Shown: positions 18,632-24,000 of the stretch, piece after piece | Layout: each line of letters opens with the position of its first letter | How positions within the stretch are numbered: the stretch's first letter is position 1 | Origin: Photobacterium lucens | GTDB taxonomy: Bacteria > Pseudomonadota > Gammaproteobacteria > Enterobacterales > Vibrionaceae | Length of the DNA stretch: 24,000 nucleotides | Direction: 5' to 3' | NCBI RefSeq assembly: GCF_009873615.1 | Contig: NZ_SSMG01000191.1 | Span: 437-24,436, forward strand | Program-made: the position numbers and the translations under genes | Notes under the pieces: model-generated | What the model was told of the DNA's origin: nothing | Databases searched by the model: none | What the model saw: only the letters and a program-made list of their open reading frames with translations

Positions 18632-18733
18632 AGCAAAGACCTTTATATTTACTACAAATAGTGAGGGAGTGAACTGTGCTCATTAACAGCTCACTCATAT
18701 TTTTTCTGTGTAGGGAAAAGAAGATAAATAGCG

Positions 18734-19069
18734 TTAAGCCATGGCGGTTTGATGTTTTTTATGTGCCAATAACGCTTGCTTTAATACGGTTGCACCATCC
18801 ATTGCACCGTAAATTTCAGCGGTGAGTAATACTGACGGTTTATTATGTTCTTCTGATACAGCTTGGATTTGAGTATATTTGTGACCAAGTTGTGGACCAA
18901 CTAAAATAACATCATAGTGATCAACTTTTTCTTTTAAACGATCAACAGGAATAGCTTCCATTGAAAAATCTTCAATATTTAACTTTGCGCTGTTATTGAT
19001 CGTTTTTTTCATCTCTTCCATCATCATGGTTGTAGAGAAGCCACCAGCACACACTAATAAGATATTCAT
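18734..19069 (-). CDS. PTS EIIB, lactose/cellobiose family
   Basis: MNILLVCAGGFSTTMMMEEMKK contains the active-site Cys in the CxxGxST loop. The ATG at 19069 has an AGGAAAG RBS. The protein is 111 aa. Confidence 0.85.
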   Translation of the reverse strand: MNILLVCAGGFSTTMMMEEMKKTINNSAKLNIEDFSMEAIPVDRLKEKVDHYDVILVGPQLGHKYTQIQAVSEEHNKPSVLLTAEIYGAMDGATVLKQALLAHKKHQTAMA

Positions 19070-19135
19070 CACACTTTCCTTTATTTTTAAATTTATTAAA
19101 CAGGAATATTAATAAGCGATTATCTTTTTCCGTCA

Positions 19136-19176
19136 ATGAAACTTCATTTCACAAATAAAGTGAAATGAAGTTTCAT
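19136..19176. promoter_or_regulatory. Perfect 17-bp inverted repeat (7-bp spacer) in the divergent EIIB/EIIA control region
   Basis: ATGAAACTTCATTTCAC (19136-19152), then aaataaa, then GTGAAATGAAGTTTCAT (19160-19176). The arms are exact reverse complements. A T8 tract lies at 19182-19189. Confidence 0.6.
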
Positions 19177-19243
19177 AGCTGTTTTTTTTCGCTGTGGTAG
19201 TCTGGGCCCATCAAAAATAATAACAACGATTTAAGGACATCCA

Positions 19244-19603
19244 ATGACAACAGAAACAGTAGATATCAGCGAAGATCTAGAACGTATTGTGTTCTCTATT
19301 GTGAGCTATTCTGGTGAAGCGAAAGGTTATGCGTACGAAGCGCTACGCTTATCGGAAGATGGCGATTTTGATGGTGCGCACGGTATGATGGATAAATGTA
19401 ATCAAAGCGTGTTAAAGGCTCATGAAGTGCAAACGGAAATGATCCGTCGTGAATTAGGTGGCGATAAATTTACGGTTAGCATGATCATGGTCCATGCCCA
19501 AGATCACTTGATGACAACATTATCTGAACGTGAATTGATCCGCCGTATGATTGAGCAAAACCGACGCTTACATACGCTAGAACAAGCGCTACTGGCTAAA
19601 TAA
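19244..19603 (+). CDS. PTS EIIA, lactose/cellobiose family
   Basis: 119 aa, all-helical. The segment MIMVHAQDHLMTTLSERELI matches the ChbA/LacF phosphorylatable-His motif (HAQDHLM). An AAGGA RBS is present. Confidence 0.85.
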   Translation: MTTETVDISEDLERIVFSIVSYSGEAKGYAYEALRLSEDGDFDGAHGMMDKCNQSVLKAHEVQTEMIRRELGGDKFTVSMIMVHAQDHLMTTLSERELIRRMIEQNRRLHTLEQALLAK

Positions 19604-19656
19604 TTTCAACTCTTCGGCTTATTTCCCCCTATTTAGTTAAGCCAATCAACAACAAA

Positions 19657-19686
19657 AAACGGGCATGTTAATCAACACGCCCGTTT
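19657..19686. terminator. Bidirectional terminator between EIIA (+) and the purA-like gene (-)
   Basis: The stem is AAACGGGC (19657-19664) / GCCCGTTT (19679-19686), with an A-run upstream and a T-rich tract downstream. Confidence 0.75.
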
Positions 19687-19725
19687 CATTATTTATCGCT
19701 TTTGATGCTAATGATACTTTCGCAA

Positions 19726-20982
19726 TTAGCGTAGGATCATTTGATCACGCTCAGGACCTACAGAGACCATTTTCACTGGCACGCCCATCAGCTCTTCAAT
19801 GCGAAGGATGTATTCTTGTGCACCTTCTGGTAGCTCGTCAAATTCACGGCAACCAGTGATGTCTTCTTCCCAACCTTTCATTTGCTCGTAAACAGGCGTT
19901 AATGCTGCTGTTTGAGGCCAGATTGGGTTTTCAGTGTGATCACCATTGTAAGCAACACAGATCTTAAGATCTTTCATGCCTGTTAGACAGTCAATCTTAG
20001 TTAGGGCAATTTCAGTTGCCGCTTGTAACTCAACGCCGTTACGTGTTGCTACTGCATCAAAGTAACCCATATCACGTGGACGACCTGTTGTTGCACCGAA
20101 CTCTTTAGCATCTTCACGGAACTGGTCTTGATCTTCCATTGCAGTGATCAGTGTACCTGTACCTACAGATGAGCTGAAAGATTTAGCGACAGCAATAACA
20201 CGCTCAGGGTGAAGGGCTGGTAAACCACTACCAATACCTGCGTAAGCTGCTGTTACGTTTGAAGACGTTGTCCAAGGGTATTCGCCGTATACTAGGTCAC
20301 GACCAGCACCAAGTTGTGCTTCAAACAATAGTGTTTTGTCTTCTTTTTGTAGCGCTTTTAGTGGCTCAGTGACGTTAGTAATGCTGTCACGCCAAGGTGC
20401 AGATACTTCTAGTAACCACTCAGTCATTTCTTCTGCTGTTTGAGTGAACTCAAATGATGGGTATAGCGCTTTCATTTGAGGTAGTTTCCAATCCATCATG
20501 AATTGGATACGCTCACGTAACACTTCAGGTTGTTTTAACCAACCCACAAGAATACCTTTCTTCATTACACGGTCACCGTATGCAGGCGCAATACCTTGGC
20601 GAGTTGAACCGTATGCACCGTCACCTAGACGTTGTTCTTCTAGTGTGTCTTCAAGTGCGTGAAGAGGTAGACATAGTGTTGCGCGATCTGAGATGCAAAG
20701 TTTTACTTCAACGCCAGATGTTGCTACTTCTTCGATTTCTAACGACAGTTTCTCAGGGCTGATCACCATGCCAGGGCCTAATACTGCGATACAATCTGGG
20801 TTGAATACGCCGCTTGGTAATTGGTGAAGTTTGAATGTACCAAACTCGTTTACTACGGTGTGACCCGCATTGTTACCACCTTGGAAACGAATGCTTGCTG
20901 AAGCTTGACCTGCTAAATAATCAACAATACGGCCTTTACCTTCATCACCCCAGTTAGCACCAACAACAACAATAGACGACAT
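19726..20982 (-). CDS. purA: Adenylosuccinate synthase family protein (divergent PurA paralogue, 418 aa)
   Basis: The N-terminus is VVVGANWGDEGKGRIVDYL...FQGGNNAGHTV (P-loop plus GH motif). Further motifs are FEAQLGAGRDL...TTSSN and EFGATTGRPRDMGYFD, and the C-terminus is VSVGPERDQMILR. Collinear motif correspondence with E. coli PurA was recognised from memory, not from a computed alignment, and many substitutions sit in otherwise conserved blocks. Confidence 0.8.
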   Translation of the reverse strand: MSSIVVVGANWGDEGKGRIVDYLAGQASASIRFQGGNNAGHTVVNEFGTFKLHQLPSGVFNPDCIAVLGPGMVISPEKLSLEIEEVATSGVEVKLCISDRATLCLPLHALEDTLEEQRLGDGAYGSTRQGIAPAYGDRVMKKGILVGWLKQPEVLRERIQFMMDWKLPQMKALYPSFEFTQTAEEMTEWLLEVSAPWRDSITNVTEPLKALQKEDKTLLFEAQLGAGRDLVYGEYPWTTSSNVTAAYAGIGSGLPALHPERVIAVAKSFSSSVGTGTLITAMEDQDQFREDAKEFGATTGRPRDMGYFDAVATRNGVELQAATEIALTKIDCLTGMKDLKICVAYNGDHTENPIWPQTAALTPVYEQMKGWEEDITGCREFDELPEGAQEYILRIEELMGVPVKMVSVGPERDQMILR

Positions 20983-21161
20983 AATTTAGATCTCCTCAAA
21001 AGCAATGCGATCTATCCTATGCCCATCAATGCAATAAGAATAATTAATAATCGTTATTATCTTGATAAGAATATCATATCTGGAGTATGGTTAATCTTCC
21101 CCACTCAATATGTTATGTATGATGAATAGCCTCATCAACAACTAAGGTAATCACGGTTGCT

Positions 21162-22067
21162 ATGATTGATATCCACTGGCTCAATACGTTTGTCGCCTTG
21201 GCTAAATACCAACACTTCGGCAAAACGGCAGCAGCACTGCATATGACCCAGCCAAATGTGAGTCTTCACCTTAAACAATTAGAACAAACGACACGGGTAA
21301 AACTCATTGAGCGTAATCCTTTTCGCTTAACTCAAGCAGGCAAACGTTTATTACAAAGTGCCGAAAATACCTTAATGGAACTCCAGATCTGCCAAGCAGA
21401 TCTCAATGCGATCAATGAACTCAACCGTGGCACATTAACCATTGCTGCCAGTGATATTATTTCGCGCCTATTGTTAATCAGCCCTTTTCAATCGTTTAAG
21501 AAAGAATATCCGGGCATTGATTTATCACTGTTTAATACCACCTCATCACAAGCTACCGAGTTGGTAAAAAGTGCTAAAGCAGATTTAGGTTTTGTCATCG
21601 CCCAGAAAGAAAGCCAGCCATTACACTTTACAGAATTACGCCAAGTAAAATGGTGTGCACTAGGCAATGGGCTTTCCCGTTGGCAGGCATTATCTGCCGA
21701 TCCTTCACTGACATTACCCACAGAGCCATTGGCGGCTGAAGAACCGACTCTGATTTTGTTAGGCCACGATACCCGTACTCGTGAGCTGATTGATATGGCG
21801 TTACCGTTACTGAAATTGAACAAGTTTCATGTCATGGAAGTAGGCAGTGTGGATGCGCAAATTGATTGGGCAGAAGCTGGCTTTGGGGTTGCGATTGTAC
21901 CGAGTTTTTCTTTACATTCTAAACCGCACTTAAAAACCCAAATCACCCCGCTACCTGATTTCCCAACCACCAGTTTGGGTTACATTGTGCGCCAAAACCA
22001 AGTGCTATCGCGGGCAATTAAACAGCTATTACGTTGGGTAGATGAAGAGATCCAACGTTCACAATAA
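21162..22067 (+). CDS. LysR-family transcriptional regulator
   Basis: The wHTH is LNTFVALAKYQHFGKTAAALHMTQPNVSLHLKQLEQTTRVKLIER. The protein is 301 aa and is divergent from the purA-like gene. Confidence 0.9.
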   Translation: MIDIHWLNTFVALAKYQHFGKTAAALHMTQPNVSLHLKQLEQTTRVKLIERNPFRLTQAGKRLLQSAENTLMELQICQADLNAINELNRGTLTIAASDIISRLLLISPFQSFKKEYPGIDLSLFNTTSSQATELVKSAKADLGFVIAQKESQPLHFTELRQVKWCALGNGLSRWQALSADPSLTLPTEPLAAEEPTLILLGHDTRTRELIDMALPLLKLNKFHVMEVGSVDAQIDWAEAGFGVAIVPSFSLHSKPHLKTQITPLPDFPTTSLGYIVRQNQVLSRAIKQLLRWVDEEIQRSQ

Positions 22068-22105
22068 ATCATAACAAGTGACAATAATTGCTTTATTCAG
22101 ATAAT

Positions 22106-22129
22106 AAAAAGCCCTGAATTAACAGGGCT
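22106..22129 (-). terminator. Terminator of the NlpE-like lipoprotein gene
   Basis: The stem is AGCCCTG (22110-22116) / CAGGGCT (22123-22129). On the minus strand it is followed by T5 (A5 at 22106-22110 on the plus strand). Confidence 0.7.
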
Positions 22130-22165
22130 TCTCGCATAAAACTGATTGTCATTAATAACAAAAGA

Positions 22166-22630
22166 TTATTTATGCTCTTGCTTCTTCAAAGTGTAAGCAT
22201 CTGCTAAATCACCTTGAATACGTTGGCCATCTTTATCGAGATGGAAGACGCGTTGTTCACCCACAAAATACTGTGCAGTTTGACCGCCACCAAGATTCAG
22301 CGTGATCGTATCGCCTTTATCATTCCAATTAAACTTACCTTCCGTTGTTAACGGTTTAGCTTCTTTACCTTGGTAAGTCTGATCCAAAATGAAAGTTCCG
22401 TCGTCTTTTAGCGTCAGGCTTGTTTCAATACCAGAACAATCAGCACACGGCTCAATGCCTGTGTACTCACCCATCCAATCTAGCGAGTTTTTCGCATTAT
22501 CATGAACTTGAGCAATCTCGGTTGGCTGTCCATTTTCAGCAGTTGTCGTCGATGATGTTTTATCAGCAGTTTGATCACAACCGACAAGTACTAAACCAAG
22601 AAGAGCTGTAGCTAAAAGCGTTTTTTTCAT
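22166..22630 (-). CDS. NlpE(CutF) N-terminal-domain lipoprotein
   Basis: The ATG at 22630 has a GGAG RBS. The signal peptide plus lipobox is MKKTLLATALLGLVLVG/CDQ. The NlpE-N signature YTGIEPCADCSGIETSLTLKDDGTF contains the CxxC motif. The protein is only 154 aa and has no NlpE C-terminal domain. Confidence 0.75.
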   Translation of the reverse strand: MKKTLLATALLGLVLVGCDQTADKTSSTTTAENGQPTEIAQVHDNAKNSLDWMGEYTGIEPCADCSGIETSLTLKDDGTFILDQTYQGKEAKPLTTEGKFNWNDKGDTITLNLGGGQTAQYFVGEQRVFHLDKDGQRIQGDLADAYTLKKQEHK

Positions 22631-22653
22631 TTGTAACTCCTTACATAACACAG

Positions 22654-22685
22654 AAAAATATGGGCTTTCTACATTCTTTCAGCCC
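22654..22685 (-). terminator. Terminator of the 106-aa lipoprotein gene
   Basis: The stem is GGGCT (22662-22666) / AGCCC (22681-22685). On the minus strand it is followed by ATATTTTTC. Confidence 0.55.
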
Positions 22686-22701
22686 TATTTAGCTGTATTA
22701 C

Positions 22702-23022
22702 TTATTTTGATTCTGCTGTTGCATCCTTGACTGCGTCTTTTACATCATCCGCAGCTTTATTAGCATCATCAGCTATCTCTTTGCTGGTTTCAACTGTTTT
22801 ATCTGCAACATCATTAGCCGCTTTTGCCGCATCATCAGCAACTTGTTTAGTCGCATCTGCCGCAGCTTGTGTTGCCTCATTTGTTACTTTAGATGCATCA
22901 ACAACAACGACAGTGGCAGGTGCATCAGCTTTTGGTGCATCAGTCGCTGCTTTGTCAGCACCTTGATCACAACCTACAAGAACCAATCCTAGTACTGCTG
23001 TTGCAAATAGTGTTTTTTTCAT
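22702..23022 (-). CDS. Small Ala/Asp/Lys-rich lipoprotein with 11-residue repeats (LEA-like, predicted disordered/amphipathic)
   Basis: A GGAG RBS is present. The signal and lipobox are MKKTLFATAVLGLVLVG/CDQ. The mature part contains consecutive 11-mers: VADDAAKAAND, VADKTVETSKE, IADDANKAADD, VKDAVKDATAE. Confidence 0.7.
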   Translation of the reverse strand: MKKTLFATAVLGLVLVGCDQGADKAATDAPKADAPATVVVVDASKVTNEATQAAADATKQVADDAAKAANDVADKTVETSKEIADDANKAADDVKDAVKDATAESK

Positions 23023-23040
23023 CTTATATCTCCTTTTAGC

Positions 23041-23087
23041 GAAAACAAGATACCCTGATACTCTTATAAATTAAGTATCACGGTATC
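23041..23087 (-). terminator. Terminator of the 294-aa lipoprotein gene
   Basis: The stem is GATACCCTGATACT (23049-23062) / AGTATCACGGTATC (23074-23087), 14 bp with one mismatch. On the minus strand it is followed by TTGTTTTC. Confidence 0.6.
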
Positions 23088-23115
23088 TCGCTATAAAATT
23101 CTTACAATGTAAGTA

Positions 23116-24000
23116 TTAGTTAAATAAATCCGATGCTTTTTTCTCTAAGTCATCCGCTGCATTCTTGGTCTTATCAACTGCAGAATCTGTCATATCAGCC
23201 GCTTTATCTGCTGCCGCATTTGCTGAATCATCAACTGACTTCATTGTGTCACTTGCTGCATTTTTCATGCTATCAACGGAATCGTTAACTGATTTTGCAG
23301 CATCATTAGCTGAACTCTTCATACTGTCTTCAGCAGCCGCTGCTTTATTATCTACAGACTCAATAACGTTTGATGTTTTTTCCGCAGCAGCATCTTTCAT
23401 TTCTGTTGCTGAATGCTTCATTTCATCCATCGAATCATTCATCGACTTTGCTGCACTATCTGCCGCATCGCTGACAACATCAGAGGCTTCTGCAGCTTTT
23501 GTTTTTGCCGAATCCATTACTGCTTTTGATTCATCAGTCACCACATCTTTCGCATCAGACGCAGATTGTTTCATCTTATCCACCGCAGCTGATGTTTCAT
23601 CAGCTACTGACGATTCTGTTAGCGATGTTTTTAACTCATTCGCTTTATCTTTCACTGCATCGACAGAGTCAGTCACGGCTTGTTTTGATGCATCCATCGC
23701 ATCTGCCGCTTTTGATTTCACTGTATCTGTCATCTCAGAGGCTTTTTGCACTGCTGAATCACTCATATCAGCGGCCTTATCAACCATTTTATTGGTTTGC
23801 TCTTTTACAACGTCTGCTGCGTTAGCCACTGTATCTTTGGTTGCATCAACCGCCGTATTGGTTTGATCTGCAACTTGCTCTTTCATTTCAGTAGTTGAGT
23901 GCTGCGCAACCGATGCTGGATCTGTTGTATCTTGTTTTGCTTGATCACAACCAACAAGGAATAAACCAGCGATAGTCATAGCGATAATTGTTTTTTTCAT
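23116..24000 (-). CDS. Repetitive acidic Ala/Asp/Ser/Lys/Met-rich lipoprotein (LEA-like 11-mer periodicity)
   Basis: The ATG occupies the last three bases of the window (24000-23998), so the RBS and promoter are not visible. The signal and lipobox are MKKTIIAMTIAGLFLVG/CDQ. The mature region of about 275 aa has no Trp, Tyr or further Cys. It shows recurring x-K-A-A/S-D/E units spaced 11 residues apart (for example residues 73-127). Confidence 0.7.
   Translation of the reverse strand: MKKTIIAMTIAGLFLVGCDQAKQDTTDPASVAQHSTTEMKEQVADQTNTAVDATKDTVANAADVVKEQTNKMVDKAADMSDSAVQKASEMTDTVKSKAADAMDASKQAVTDSVDAVKDKANELKTSLTESSVADETSAAVDKMKQSASDAKDVVTDESKAVMDSAKTKAAEASDVVSDAADSAAKSMNDSMDEMKHSATEMKDAAAEKTSNVIESVDNKAAAAEDSMKSSANDAAKSVNDSVDSMKNAASDTMKSVDDSANAAADKAADMTDSAVDKTKNAADDLEKKASDLFN

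Noticed and set aside
18609-18698. A 29-codon minus-strand ORF (MSELLMSTVHSLTICSKYKGLCYECICEI) in the EIIB-EIIC spacer, overlapping the EIIC start out of frame
   Set aside because: It has no SD sequence and its ATG lies within the hairpin. There is no recognisable peptide family, so it is probably fortuitous.
19726-20982. The idea that the PurA paralogue is a phage-type PurZ (2-aminoadenine/Z-base pathway)
   Set aside because: The catalytic Asp of the GDEGKG loop is retained, whereas my recollection is that PurZ replaces it. The protein is full PurA length. No phage genes or partner genes of the Z-base pathway (dATP/dGTP phosphohydrolase-type) are nearby. The idea cannot be excluded without a phylogeny, but nothing supports it.
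23165-23866. 233-aa (+) ORF, plus the 108-aa (+) ORF at 23499-23825 and the 79-aa (+) ORF at 22727-22966, all antisense to the lipoprotein genes
   Set aside because: These are shadow ORFs created by the low-complexity GCN/GAY/AAR codon composition of the minus-strand genes. They have no start context or RBS. Their translations are featureless S/A/F/L strings, whereas the minus-strand frames have textbook lipoprotein signal peptides and RBSs.
1-24000. Search for a defence system, prophage, integron, transposon, CRISPR array, toxin-antitoxin pair, or tRNA/rRNA genes
   Set aside because: I saw no nuclease, helicase, ATPase, methyltransferase, integrase or transposase-like ORFs. There are no regularly spaced direct repeats and no terminal inverted repeats bracketing a gene block. 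The only repeats are terminator hairpins, the PTS dyad and the short motifs listed above. The window reads as ordinary, though accessory-flavoured, chromosome.

Overview
The window looks like gammaproteobacterial chromosome, roughly 40% GC by eye. Gene content and lipoprotein signal peptides resemble Vibrionaceae (Photobacterium, Aliivibrio or Vibrio), but this taxonomic guess is unverified. It is densely coding, and most genes end in clean hairpin terminators. I support 22 protein genes. From left to right they are: (1) the 3-prime ~4.2 kb of an SslE/AcfD-type M60 zinc metallopeptidase; (2) an isolated flgM-flgN-lytic transglycosylase module; (3) an FrvR/MtlR-like PTS-controlled regulator; (4) a cytochrome b561-YceI pair; (5) a K+ channel; (6) an AaeAB-like HlyD plus FUSC-like efflux pair; (7) a VOC/glyoxalase gene divergent from a LysR regulator; (8) a HAD phosphatase; (9) a SemiSWEET; (10) a Lac/Cel-family PTS (EIIB, EIIC, divergent EIIA) co-operonic with M24 and M42 aminopeptidases; (11) a divergent PurA-family paralogue paired with a second LysR regulator; (12) three monocistronic lipoprotein genes with near-identical signal peptides. 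I found no tRNA, rRNA, CRISPR array, transposase, integrase or recognisable defence-system enzymes. The best candidates for undescribed biology are therefore three items. First, the PTS-plus-two-aminopeptidase locus, which has no glycosidase, a 17-bp perfect dyad in its divergent control region, and a distant FrvR-like regulator. Second, the orphan flgMN-slt module beside a mucinase. Third, the lipoprotein trio with Asp at +2: an N-domain-only NlpE and two LEA-like proteins with local 11-residue periodicity, one of them Met/His-rich. All functional calls rest on motif recognition by eye, and no database search was run.
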